From: an uncultured Oscillospiraceae bacterium
GTDB taxonomy: Bacteria; Bacillota; Clostridia; Oscillospirales; Oscillospiraceae
Length of the DNA: 64,000 nucleotides
Assembly: GCA_934636655.1 (NCBI GenBank)
Contig: CAKUAS010000011.1
Span: 8,105-72,104 of the forward strand
Reading direction: 5' to 3'
In this document: positions 36,431 to 45,501 of the stretch, piece after piece
How positions within the stretch are numbered: position 1 is the stretch's first letter
Layout of the letters: the number at the start of each line of letters is the position of its first letter
The notes under the pieces: model-generated
The model's input: the letters and a program-made list of their open reading frames with translations, nothing else
Told to the model about the DNA's origin: nothing
The model's database searches: none
Position numbers and translations under genes: made by a program

Positions 36431-36460
36431 ACGGTCATACATAAACAAAGGAGACACAAT

Positions 36461-37159
36461 ATGCGCAAAAGCATTGGTGAAATTTTGAATTTAAAACGCC
36501 GTGAGCTTGGCTTTTCGCAGTCGGAGCTTGCGTCCGTGCTGGCCGGAGACGGCATTGAGGTCACAAATCAGGCAATCTCTAAATGGGAGACCGGCAGCAC
36601 TCTGCCGAATGCGAAGCAGTTTCTCGCACTGTGCCGTGCCTTGGAGATCGACGACATTGCCGGTACATTCGGCGGTACAAGTGAAGGCGGCATCCTCGCC
36701 GGTTTAAATACCCTCGGTCGAAGAAAGGCGCTCGACTATATCGAGCTTCTGCGTGACAGCGGACGATACGGCTTACAACCCGAACCCGTTAAAACTCGTA
36801 TGCTGCCGCTGTATTCGCTGGCTGTTTCGGCCGGTACAGGTCAGTTTCTCGACAGTGAGGATTATGACATGACCGAGGTCGGTCCGGAAGTGCCGGAAGG
36901 CGCAAACTTCGGAGTGCGCGTCGCCGGGGACAGTATGGAGCCGCAATTTCACGACGGTCAGACCGTTTGGGTCAGTCAGCAGCACAGTTTAATGACCGGT
37001 GAGATCGGCATTTTTCTCTACGACGGCTGCGCCTACTTAAAGCAGCTCGTCGCCGGCGACGGCTATCTCGCTCTGCATTCGCTCAACCCCGAATATCCCG
37101 ATATCCGCATATCCCCCACCCTGCCGCTGCGCGTGCTCGGCAAGGTGCTCGCAGCATAA
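36461..37159 (+). CDS. XRE-family HTH plus S24 peptidase self-cleaving repressor (HdiR/LexA-like)
   Basis: N-terminal HTH (LKRRELGFSQSELASVL..NQAISKWETG). Candidate Ala-Gly cleavage site (VSAGTG). S24 Ser in GDSMEP and Lys in AYLKQL. AAAGGAGA RBS before the ATG at 36461. Confidence 0.85.
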   Translation: MRKSIGEILNLKRRELGFSQSELASVLAGDGIEVTNQAISKWETGSTLPNAKQFLALCRALEIDDIAGTFGGTSEGGILAGLNTLGRRKALDYIELLRDSGRYGLQPEPVKTRMLPLYSLAVSAGTGQFLDSEDYDMTEVGPEVPEGANFGVRVAGDSMEPQFHDGQTVWVSQQHSLMTGEIGIFLYDGCAYLKQLVAGDGYLALHSLNPEYPDIRISPTLPLRVLGKVLAA

Positions 37160-37167
37160 AGGGCATG

Positions 37168-37198
37168 AAAAAACACCGCTCGTTGAGCGGTGTTTTTT
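37168..37198. terminator. bidirectional terminator
   Basis: Stem aaaaaacaccgctc / agcggtgtttttt with loop gttg. Confidence 0.75.
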
Positions 37199-37217
37199 CA
37201 TGTGTAAATAAATCAAA

Positions 37218-37571
37218 TTACTTTGCAGCCTTTGCCTTCTCGCACAGGACGGTGAAAGCGGCGGGATCGTGGATAGCGGTCTCGGACAGCATCTTGCGGT
37301 TCATATCGATACCGGCAAGCTTCAGGCCGTGCATGAAGGTGGAGTAGTTCATGCCGTTTGCCTTGCATGCCGCGCTGATACGGGTAATCCACAGCTGACG
37401 GAAGTCGCGCTTTTTCTGCTTGCGGCCTACATATGCGTAGCGGCCGGACTTCATCATCTGCTCCTGAGCCATCTTGTAGTGGCGGGACTTGTTGCCCCAG
37501 TAGCCCTTTGCCAGACCAAGGATCTTGTTTCTATGTTTACGGGTCATCATTGCGCCCTTAACTCTTGCCAT
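37218..37571 (-). CDS. rplT: 50S ribosomal protein L20
   Basis: [26 protein letters not shown] is the canonical L20 N-terminus. Confidence 0.95.
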   Translation of the reverse strand: MARVKGAMMTRKHRNKILGLAKGYWGNKSRHYKMAQEQMMKSGRYAYVGRKQKKRDFRQLWITRISAACKANGMNYSTFMHGLKLAGIDMNRKMLSETAIHDPAAFTVLCEKAKAAK

Positions 37572-37607
37572 TTGTAATTCCTCCTATCAGTAACAGTCAG
37601 CCCTTAA

Positions 37608-37805
37608 TTATTTGTAAGGGATCATCTTTTTGATGGTTGCCTCGTTGGTAACGTCGGCAATTGCGCCGGAACGCAGACGGCGGCAGCGCTTGGTGTCCTT
37701 CTTGGTGAGGATATGGCTCTTGAACGCATGTGCGCGCTTTACTTTACCGGTCTTGGTGAGATTGAATCTCTTCTTAGCACCGCTATGGGTCTTAAGTTTA
37801 GGCAT
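37608..37805 (-). CDS. rpmI: 50S ribosomal protein L35
   Basis: [14 protein letters not shown] is the canonical L35 N-terminus. Confidence 0.95.
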   Translation of the reverse strand: MPKLKTHSGAKKRFNLTKTGKVKRAHAFKSHILTKKDTKRCRRLRSGAIADVTNEATIKKMIPYK

Positions 37806-37862
37806 AGTTATTTTCTCCTTCCGTATGCTGCTATTATCAGAATTTCTGTCTGTAATAACCTA

Positions 37863-38453
37863 TCAGTTGTTTTCTTCCGCCTTTGCAGCGGCCTCAGCCT
37901 GCTTCTTGGCGGCTTCCTTCTGCGCCTTCTTGACTGCCGCGGCAGACTTCGGGGACAGGAACATGGACATGTTGCGCCCTTCAAGCTTGGGAGCCTTATC
38001 AAGGTTTGCAACCTCTTCGCATTTTGCCGCGAAGTCGCGCAGGATGACCTCACCCAGATGAGTGTGCGCCATTTCTCTGCCACGGAAGCGGATTGAGACC
38101 TTGACCCTGTCGCCGTCGGAAAGGAACTTGAGCGCGCTCTTGAGCTTCGTGTTCAGGTCGTTCTCGCCGATGCCGGGAGACATGCGGATCTCCTTGACCT
38201 CCATGACACGCTGGTTCTTCTTGGCTTCCTTTTCGCGCTTGGACTGCTCAAAGCGGTACTTGCCGTAGTCCATGATCTTGCAGACGGGGGGCTTTGCCAT
38301 CGGGGATATCTTGACCAGGTCAAGCTCCTTCTCCTCCGCAATTTTCATGGCGGCTTCCGCGGACATAATGCCAAGCTGCTCGCCGTCGTCACCTATAACG
38401 CGTATTTCCTTGTCGAGGATCTCTTCATTGATCTCATGATTCACGCTTGCGAT
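37863..38453 (-). CDS. infC: translation initiation factor IF-3 (probable ATC start)
   Basis: INEEI..IRVIGDDGEQLGI...PPVCKIMDYGKYRFEQ is the IF-3 pattern. The in-frame ATC (RC of 38451-38453) lies 9 nt after GGAGG (RC of 38463-38467). The GTG used by the ORF track is 18 nt away. Confidence 0.85.
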   Translation of the reverse strand: MASVNHEINEEILDKEIRVIGDDGEQLGIMSAEAAMKIAEEKELDLVKISPMAKPPVCKIMDYGKYRFEQSKREKEAKKNQRVMEVKEIRMSPGIGENDLNTKLKSALKFLSDGDRVKVSIRFRGREMAHTHLGEVILRDFAAKCEEVANLDKAPKLEGRNMSMFLSPKSAAAVKKAQKEAAKKQAEAAAKAEENN

Positions 38454-38474
38454 TGTAAAACACCTCCATAATGC

Positions 38475-38600
38475 AAAAAACGGATGCCTGACAGCATCCG
38501 CGCAAACAAAGCCCCATTTGGAGCGATGCTATTGACCGAAGCGCGCCTCTTGCGGCTCGGTGAGGTCGGGGATGCCGTACCTACTTTGTTTTCAGCTCTA
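38475..38600 (-). ncRNA. infC leader with terminator/attenuator (L20-leader-like)
   Basis: About 125 nt of 5' UTR from the promoter. It ends with hairpin cggatgc/gcatccg (38481-38500) followed on the mRNA strand by UUUUUU (RC of 38475-38480), immediately before the infC RBS. This matches the Firmicute L20 autoregulatory leader layout. Not verified by a covariance model. Confidence 0.45.
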
Positions 38601-38602
38601 TT

Positions 38603-38631
38603 AATATATCAGCACATTCTCATATTGTCAA
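38603..38631 (-). promoter_or_regulatory. sigma-A type promoter of infC-rpmI-rplT
   Basis: On the reverse strand: TTGACA (RC of 38626-38631), 17 nt, TATATT (RC of 38603-38608). Confidence 0.6.
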
Positions 38632-38680
38632 GACTTTTTTGCGGGAATTCACGGCGGAGGGACACTCCGCCGTGAATGAT

Positions 38681-38863
38681 TTAATCATCACTTTTTCTGT
38701 GAAAAGCATAATAGGCAAAATACGCCGCCGCACTGCCCGTGAGCACGCTCCAGATGCTTGCCCAGCTCTGTGAACGCGGAGCGATGAAATACGATCCGAC
38801 GACCAGCAGTACCGCTGACAGTATGAACCCGATTATGCTCAGCGCTCTGCCAGGTTTACGCAT
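38681..38863 (-). CDS. small two-TM membrane protein, function unknown
   Basis: MRKPGRALSIIGFILSAVLLVVGSYFIA...LTGSAAAYFAYYAF. The start at 38863 avoids overlap with deoC, but the ORF-track start at 38929 is possible. A hairpin at about 38643-38673 follows the stop. Confidence 0.45.
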   Translation of the reverse strand: MRKPGRALSIIGFILSAVLLVVGSYFIAPRSQSWASIWSVLTGSAAAYFAYYAFHRKSDD

Positions 38864-38882
38864 TGGCTCACCGAACGCTTTC

Positions 38883-39575
38883 TCAGTAGTTTTCGCCGTC
38901 TGCGGAATCATTGGCGCTTTCACGCTCAAGCTCCATTGCGAGCTTGACTATGCGGCTCGTACCGAGACGGGTAGCGCCGAGGGCAATGAAGTCCTCCGCA
39001 TCCTCGAGCGAGGCGATGCCGCCGGCTGCCTTGACCTGAAGACTGTCGGGACTGCAGCGGCGCAGGAGCTCAACATCATGACGGGTAGCTCCGCCCTTGC
39101 TGAAGCCGGTCGAGGTCTTTATAAAGTCCGCGCCGCACTCGGAAACGATGGTGCAAAGGCGCATTTTCTCTTCATCGGTCAGCAGACAGCACTCGATTAT
39201 GACCTTGAGCACCTTGCCGAGGCATGAGCGGCGCACGGCCTTGATATCTTCGGCAACGTCCTCCCAGCAGCCATCCTTGACCATGGAGAGGTTAATGACC
39301 ATGTCTATTTCGTCCGCGCCGTTGGCAACGGCATCGGCAGCCTCAAAGGCCTTTGCCGCCGAGGACATATAGCCGTTCGGGAAGCCGATGACGGTGCATA
39401 TCTTCATTCTGTCGCCGACATAGCGCTTTGCGCCCGGAACGTGGCAGGGCGGAATGCACACCGACGCGCAGCCGTATTTTATTGCCTGATCACAGAGCTT
39501 TCTTATCTCTGCCTCGGTGCAGTCGACGCGCAGCAGAGTGTGGTCGCAGTATGCCAGCAGTTCTTTTATATCCAT
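38883..39575 (-). CDS. deoC: deoxyribose-phosphate aldolase
   Basis: MDIKELLAYCDHTLL at the N-terminus. Schiff-base Lys context DFIKTSTGF. Size is about 230 aa. Confidence 0.9.
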   Translation of the reverse strand: MDIKELLAYCDHTLLRVDCTEAEIRKLCDQAIKYGCASVCIPPCHVPGAKRYVGDRMKICTVIGFPNGYMSSAAKAFEAADAVANGADEIDMVINLSMVKDGCWEDVAEDIKAVRRSCLGKVLKVIIECCLLTDEEKMRLCTIVSECGADFIKTSTGFSKGGATRHDVELLRRCSPDSLQVKAAGGIASLEDAEDFIALGATRLGTSRIVKLAMELERESANDSADGENY

Positions 39576-39694
39576 AAGTTTTGTTCCTTTCAGAAATATT
39601 GTTGACACCATTATATTTCATTCCGGCGGCATATTCAAGCGTTTGTCCCTAATATACTCTAACAAAAACCATTGACAAGGACAGGAACGAATAT

Positions 39695-40309
39695 ATGGAT
39701 GAAAACACAAGCACGAATTTTGCCCAGCTTATAGGCGCAATGACCGCTCCTCCGGTTTTTTCTCACGCATCCCGCGGTGAAAGCTTCTACACCTTTCCGC
39801 TCGAGGTCGCACGGCTGTCCGGTGCAACGGACACGATAAACATCATCGCTCGCTCAGAGCTTTTGAGCGCCGTCGAGGCATCTGATATTGAAAAGCTCTG
39901 CATCACGGGCGAGCTGAGATCGTTCAACAACAAAAGCGGCGAGGGCGCCAAACTCGTCATAACGGTGTTTGCAAAAGAGATATACCCATGCGGCGGCGAC
40001 GACACGAATCTCATCCGCCTTACCGGTACGCTGTGCAAGCCGCCGAATCTGCGCGTAACGCCGATGGGGCGGGATATCTGCGACCTGATGCTCGCAGTCA
40101 ATCGCAAATACGGACGCTCGGACTATCTGCCGTGCATCACCTGGGGACTAAAAGCCCGAGAGGCGTCCTACTGGGATACGGGCACTACGGTGTCGCTCGA
40201 AGGGCGCATACAGAGCCGCAGCTACATAAAGCTCATCGGCGGAGAGCCGGTCGAGAAGACGGCCTTCGAGGTATCCGTGACGGAGATCGATGAGCTTACA
40301 GATCGTTAA
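39695..40309 (+). CDS. tandem OB-fold (SSB-like) protein without acidic tail
   Basis: 204 aa with two SSB-like halves (..ITGELRSFNN.. and ..LEGRIQSRSYI..). There is no C-terminal D/E-rich tip. The 3' end overlaps lysA by 14 nt in convergent orientation. Confidence 0.55.
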   Translation: MDENTSTNFAQLIGAMTAPPVFSHASRGESFYTFPLEVARLSGATDTINIIARSELLSAVEASDIEKLCITGELRSFNNKSGEGAKLVITVFAKEIYPCGGDDTNLIRLTGTLCKPPNLRVTPMGRDICDLMLAVNRKYGRSDYLPCITWGLKAREASYWDTGTTVSLEGRIQSRSYIKLIGGEPVEKTAFEVSVTEIDELTDR

Positions 40310-41600
40310 GGCAGATATCCTCAAGGCTCTCGCGGCGCACGGCGACATAGCTCTTGCCTCCCGAGAGCATAACTATCGGCGGGCGCGGAATGCGGTTGTA
40401 ATTTGAAGCCATGGAGTAGTTATAAGCGCCCGTGGTGCACACGGCGACGATATCTCCGCGCTTAATCTCCGCGGGAAGCAGGATATTTTCCTGAATTATA
40501 TCGCCGCTTTCGCAGCAGCGTCCAACGAGCGAGCAGTGCATCATGTCGGTGTTTTTTGTCTGTTTCGCGGCAAGGCATGTGTACTGCGAGCGGTAAAGCG
40601 CATAGCGTGGATTATCCGTCATACCTCCGTCTATCGAGACATAAGTCTTATAGCCCGGTATATGCTTGACTGAACCGACTGTGTACAGCGTCATGCCGGC
40701 GTCGGCCACTATTGCTCTGCCAGGCTCCATATGTATATCCGGCATTTTTATGCCGAGCAAGGCGCATTCCGTCTTTACGGCCTGCGCTACCTGCGCGATT
40801 TTTTCTTCGACGTTGAGATACGGGTCGGTGTCGACATATCTCACACCGTAGCCGCCTCCGAAGTCGAGCTCCTGCGCTTCATAGCCGTACTTATCCTTTA
40901 TCTGCGCTATGAACCGGAGCATTATTACCGCCGCTCTTTCAAAAACGTTCTCGGCAAATACCTGAGAACCGACGTGGCAGTGAAAGCCCCTGAGCTCTAT
41001 ATGCTTCATCCGCAGCGCCGAGGCCGTAAAGGTCTCGGCCTGCCCCGTTTCTATGGCAACGCCGAACTTTGAATCGACCTTGCCCGTGGATATTGCTTCA
41101 TAAGTGTGCGGGTCTATGCCCGGAGTCAGGCGCAGAAGAACACGCTGCACGGTATTGCGCCTTGCAGCTTCAGTCTCTACGGCTTCAAGCTCCTCTTTAT
41201 TGTCAATGACAAAGCAGCCCACCCCCTTATCCATGGCAAAGCGGATATCGGCATCCGTCTTGTTATTGCCGTGGAAATACGCATTTTCCATCGGGTATCC
41301 GGCCGCCGCGGCCGTATAGATCTCGCCGCTTGAGACAACGTCAATACCCATTTCCTCCTCGCGCATTATCTCATAAACGCGTTTGAAGGAATTTGCCTTG
41401 CTCGCGTAGAGCGCCTTTGCGCTGTCTCCGAAATATTTTTTGAACGCGCGGCAGTACACTCTGCAATTATGGCGCAATCTGTCCTCATCCATGAGATACA
41501 GCGGAGTTCCGTACCTTTCGGCAAGCTCCGCCGTATCCTGTCCGGCAAAGCGGAGCACACCGTCATCGCCGCGGCTTATGTTATCGCATATCATACTCAT
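40296..41600 (-). CDS. lysA: diaminopimelate decarboxylase
   Basis: 434 aa. PLP Lys in ALYASKAN. Motifs DFGGGYGV and GRCCESGD. Confidence 0.95.
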   Translation of the reverse strand: MSMICDNISRGDDGVLRFAGQDTAELAERYGTPLYLMDEDRLRHNCRVYCRAFKKYFGDSAKALYASKANSFKRVYEIMREEEMGIDVVSSGEIYTAAAAGYPMENAYFHGNNKTDADIRFAMDKGVGCFVIDNKEELEAVETEAARRNTVQRVLLRLTPGIDPHTYEAISTGKVDSKFGVAIETGQAETFTASALRMKHIELRGFHCHVGSQVFAENVFERAAVIMLRFIAQIKDKYGYEAQELDFGGGYGVRYVDTDPYLNVEEKIAQVAQAVKTECALLGIKMPDIHMEPGRAIVADAGMTLYTVGSVKHIPGYKTYVSIDGGMTDNPRYALYRSQYTCLAAKQTKNTDMMHCSLVGRCCESGDIIQENILLPAEIKRGDIVAVCTTGAYNYSMASNYNRIPRPPIVMLSGGKSYVAVRRESLEDICLNDL

Positions 41601-41616
41601 ATCGCTTATCCGCCCT

Positions 41617-41985
41617 TCACTTTCTCGGCGGGATTATCTCTATCCAGTAGCCGTCGGGGTCTTCGAGGAAATAGATTCCCATTTTCGGATTCTCAAAGCA
41701 TATGCAGCCGAGTTTTTCGTGCTTTGCATGGGCTTTTTCCATATCGTCGGCAACAAATGCGAGGTGGAACTCCTGTTCGCCGAGATCATACGGCGTATCG
41801 CGGTCGCGCAGCCATGTGAGCTCGAGCGTGAAATCGGTCACTCCGTCTCCGAGGTAGACAAGCTTGAAGCTGCCGTCGGCGGCGTTTTTCTCGCGTACGG
41901 GTTTTAGTCCGAGGGCCTCGTCGTAAAATTTAAGACTGCGGTCAAGATCGAACACATTGAAATTAAAGTGATTGAATGAAAACAT
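41617..41985 (-). CDS. VOC/glyoxalase-family protein
   Basis: 122 aa with a betaalphabetabetabeta-type VOC pattern (FNHFNFNVFDL...EIIPP). It lies 16 nt upstream of lysA on the same strand. Confidence 0.75.
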   Translation of the reverse strand: MFSFNHFNFNVFDLDRSLKFYDEALGLKPVREKNAADGSFKLVYLGDGVTDFTLELTWLRDRDTPYDLGEQEFHLAFVADDMEKAHAKHEKLGCICFENPKMGIYFLEDPDGYWIEIIPPRK

Positions 41986-42055
41986 ACTGCACCCCCTGCG
42001 TTTATTTCCCTTATATTTTATTATGTTTCCGCGCGCGATGCAAGCAAAAAACTTA

Positions 42056-42084
42056 TTGGCATTTGCCCTTATGTGCTTTATAAT
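42056..42084 (+). promoter_or_regulatory. sigma-A type promoter of the glycogen operon
   Basis: TTGGCA at 42056-42061, 17 nt, TATAAT at 42079-42084. Confidence 0.6.
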
Positions 42085-42116
42085 GTAAGTTGAAAAAATA
42101 TTTGCGGAGTGCTGAT

Positions 42117-44054
42117 ATGAACTATTCCGAACTTATAGACAAATACGTTCCCTCTGACGATGTTTTCCTGTTTAACACCGGCTGCGCGCAAAAGGCCTGG
42201 CTGCTGCTCGGCTGCCGGTATATTGAAGAGGAAAAACTGCACCGCTTCGCGGTTTGGGCGCCGAATGCAAAGAGCGTTTCGCTCGTCGGTGACTTTAACG
42301 GATGGGATATGACACACACTCCTATGGAAAAACGCGGCGGCATATGGTACTGCTTCGTAGAGGGGCTGTCTAACGGCGATCTGTATAAATACTGCGTGAC
42401 GACGGCCGCGGGCAAAACCGTGTGGAAATCCGATCCCTTTGCGCAGTGGTCGCAGTCGGGCGTGAACACCGCATCTATGGTGTGGACAGGCTCGCATGTC
42501 TGGCGCGACGAAAAATTCATGCAGAACCGTACATGTCAGAATTGCTTTGAAAGCCCCATGTCGATATACGAAATGCACCTTGGCTCATGGAAGACTCCGG
42601 AGGGCGGCGTGAATTACGCCTCCATCGCGCCTGAGCTCGCAGAGTATTGCACGGAAATGGGCTATACGCACATTGAGCTCATGCCGCTGACGGAGTACCC
42701 GTATCCCGGCTCGTGGGGCTATCAGGTAACGGGCTACTACGCGCCGACGAGCCGTTACGGAACGCCGGACGAGTTTGCCGAGTTTATCGACACCATGCAC
42801 AGCGCCGGCATAGGCGTTATCATGGACTGGGTACCCGCGCATTTTCCGCGCGATGAGCACGGCCTTGCCGAGTTTGACGGCACACGCCTTTTTGAGTGCA
42901 AGGAAGAGCGCATGGCCTCACATCCCGAGTGGGGCACGCTGATATTTGACTACGACATGCCGGAGGTCCAGTCGTTTCTCATATCATCGGCCTGCTTCTT
43001 CTTTGAAAAATACCATATCGACGGTATCCGCGTTGATGCCGTATCCTCAATGCTGTACTTAAACTACGGCCGAAAAGAAGGCGAATACACCAAAAACCGT
43101 GACGGCGGCAATATCAATCTCGGCGCTGTGAGCTTTCTGAAGAAGCTCAACACCGCCGTTCTGTCGAGCTTTCCAGGCACTGTCACCGTCGCCGAGGAGT
43201 CGACGTCCTATCCAATGGTCACGATGCCGCCCTCCGTCGGCGGGCTCGGCTTCAGCTTCAAGTGGGACATGGGATACATGCACGACACGCTCGACTATTT
43301 TTCGGTCGATCCACTGTTCCGTAAGGGCTGCCACGATAAGCTTACGTTTTCCATGATGTACGCATTCTCGGAAAACTTTATCCTTGCCTACTCGCACGAT
43401 GAGGTGGTGCACGGCAAAAAATCGATGCTGGACAAAATGTTCGGCAGCTACGAGCAGAAGTTTGCGACGCTGCGCGCACTGTACGGCTATCAATTTGCCC
43501 ATCCCGGCAAGAAGCTGTGCTTTATGGGCTCGGAGTTCGGCCAGTTTATCGAGTGGAACTATCAGCAGGAGCTCGACTGGCTGCTGCTGGACTACCCTAT
43601 GCATGAAAAGCTGCGCGAATACTACGCAGCACTCAACAAGCTCTATCGCGCATGCCCGGCGCTGTACGAGATAGACAAGTCCTGGGACGGCTTCAAGTGG
43701 CTGAATGTTAACGACAGTGCACTAAGCTCCATAGCCTTCCTGCGCTCGGCAAAGCCGGAAAGTGAAAGCTATCTCATCTGCGCGTGCAACTTCATTCCGA
43801 ACGAGCACAATGGATTTGTGATAGGACTTCCTCAGTCGGGTACTCTGCGTGAGGTGCTTTCAAGCGACGATATAAGATTCGGCGGAAATGGTTTACATAA
43901 TTCAAAAGCTGTTTTCAGCCGTGATACGGGCTTTGCCGATCTGCCCTACAGCGCGGCTATAGATCTGCCGCCGCTGTCGACAGTTTATTTTGAATACATT
44001 CCGGAAAGGATGGCTGATAATAATGAAAAAGCAGTTCAGAAGCATTCTAAATGA
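42117..44054 (+). CDS. glgB: 1,4-alpha-glucan branching enzyme
   Basis: GH13 regions DWVPAHF, GIRVDAVSSM, VAEEST and AYSHDEV. The ATG at 42117 lies 7 nt after GGAG and is preferred to the TTG at 42090. Confidence 0.9.
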   Translation: MNYSELIDKYVPSDDVFLFNTGCAQKAWLLLGCRYIEEEKLHRFAVWAPNAKSVSLVGDFNGWDMTHTPMEKRGGIWYCFVEGLSNGDLYKYCVTTAAGKTVWKSDPFAQWSQSGVNTASMVWTGSHVWRDEKFMQNRTCQNCFESPMSIYEMHLGSWKTPEGGVNYASIAPELAEYCTEMGYTHIELMPLTEYPYPGSWGYQVTGYYAPTSRYGTPDEFAEFIDTMHSAGIGVIMDWVPAHFPRDEHGLAEFDGTRLFECKEERMASHPEWGTLIFDYDMPEVQSFLISSACFFFEKYHIDGIRVDAVSSMLYLNYGRKEGEYTKNRDGGNINLGAVSFLKKLNTAVLSSFPGTVTVAEESTSYPMVTMPPSVGGLGFSFKWDMGYMHDTLDYFSVDPLFRKGCHDKLTFSMMYAFSENFILAYSHDEVVHGKKSMLDKMFGSYEQKFATLRALYGYQFAHPGKKLCFMGSEFGQFIEWNYQQELDWLLLDYPMHEKLREYYAALNKLYRACPALYEIDKSWDGFKWLNVNDSALSSIAFLRSAKPESESYLICACNFIPNEHNGFVIGLPQSGTLREVLSSDDIRFGGNGLHNSKAVFSRDTGFADLPYSAAIDLPPLSTVYFEYIPERMADNNEKAVQKHSK

Positions 44055-45501
44055 AAAGGGCCGCAAAGAGCTTCCAAACATTCTGCTCGCAGCGGCCGAG
44101 TGCGCACCTCTCTCCAAAACCGGCGGCCTTGCCGACGTTGTCGGAACACTGCCGAAGGCGCTTAAAAAGCTCGGCTTCGACGCGAGGGTCATCACGCCGT
44201 ATCACCGCTGCATAAAGGACAGATACGCAGATCGTGTCGAGCATATGTTCGATTTTTATGTAAACCTCGGCTGGCGCACGCAGTACTGCGGCATAGAGCG
44301 GCTCGTGCTCGACGATGTGTGCATTTATCTTGTTGACAGCGAGTTTTACTTCGGCGATAAAATTTACCGCGGCGGCCAGGCCGAGGGCGAGCAGTACGCA
44401 TTCTTTACGCGTGCCGTGCTCGATGCCATACCGAACCTCGGTTTCGCTCCCGACATAGTCCACTGCAACGACTGGCACACGGCCATGCTCCCTATGCTGG
44501 CAAAGACGCAGTACTGCGGCGCGATGCAAAGCTCCCTACGCTGGCTGCTGACGATACACAACATTGCGTATCAGGGCAAATTTGGCTTTGACTACGTTCA
44601 GGATCTGCTCGGCGTCGAGGATAAATACTACACGCCGGAGTTTATGGAGCTCAACGGCTGCGCAAGCTTTCTCAAGGCCGGCTGCGTGTTTGCCGACAGG
44701 ATAAATACCGTCAGCCCAACCTACGCAAACGAGATCAAGACAGCCTACTTCGGCGAGGGTCTCGAAGGTATACTTTCGGCGCGCTCAAACGAGCTTTCCG
44801 GCATAATAAACGGCATCGACACAAAGGTGTTTAACCCCTACACGGACCCGGCGCTGCCCGCAAGATATCACAAGGGCAGGCTCAACGGCAAAAAATTATG
44901 TAAACTTGAACTCCAGCGTGATTTCGGACTTGAGCAGCGCGAGGAGGCGCCCATATTCGCAATGGTCACGCGCATGACCGAGCAGAAGGGTTTTGACCTT
45001 GTCGAGCGCATGCTCGATGAGATCATGCAGTATAACGACATGCAGTTTTTCATGCTCGGCAGCGGCGACAAGGAATACGAAACCTTCATGCGAGAGGCTG
45101 AGGCACGCTATAAGGGCAGGCTGTGCGCTTACATTGGCTATAACGAAGAGTTATCGCATCGAGTGTACGCCGGAGCGGATTTCCTGCTCATGCCCTCGCG
45201 CTTTGAGCCATGCGGCCTTTCGCAGATGATCGCCATGCGCTACGGCACACTGCCCATCGTGCGAGAAACAGGCGGTCTCAAGGATTCGGTGAAGCCTTAC
45301 AATCAATTCACCGGCGAGGGTACTGGCTTCTCCTTTGCCGATTTTAACGCCCACGAGATGAAGGCCGCGGTTCTGCTCGCTCTCGACTGCTATCACAAGC
45401 CCGAGGTCATGCAGTCGCTCATCCGTCAGGCTATGGAGGCCGATTTCAGCTTTGACCGCTCCTCGGAAGAATACGCAATGCTTTATCTATGGATGCTTTG
45501 A
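44023..45501 (+). CDS. glgA: glycogen synthase (GT5)
   Basis: The motif AAECAPLSKTGGLADVVG is the KTGGL motif. ATG at 44023. Confidence 0.9.
   Translation: MKKQFRSILNEKGRKELPNILLAAAECAPLSKTGGLADVVGTLPKALKKLGFDARVITPYHRCIKDRYADRVEHMFDFYVNLGWRTQYCGIERLVLDDVCIYLVDSEFYFGDKIYRGGQAEGEQYAFFTRAVLDAIPNLGFAPDIVHCNDWHTAMLPMLAKTQYCGAMQSSLRWLLTIHNIAYQGKFGFDYVQDLLGVEDKYYTPEFMELNGCASFLKAGCVFADRINTVSPTYANEIKTAYFGEGLEGILSARSNELSGIINGIDTKVFNPYTDPALPARYHKGRLNGKKLCKLELQRDFGLEQREEAPIFAMVTRMTEQKGFDLVERMLDEIMQYNDMQFFMLGSGDKEYETFMREAEARYKGRLCAYIGYNEELSHRVYAGADFLLMPSRFEPCGLSQMIAMRYGTLPIVRETGGLKDSVKPYNQFTGEGTGFSFADFNAHEMKAAVLLALDCYHKPEVMQSLIRQAMEADFSFDRSSEEYAMLYLWML

Noticed and set aside
36320-36460. A canonical Firmicute LexA (Cheo) box CGAAC-N4-GTTCG upstream of dinB.
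   Set aside because: No CGAAC/GTTCG dyad is present. The adjacent repressor has an XRE-type HTH, so a different operator is expected (see the direct-repeat finding).
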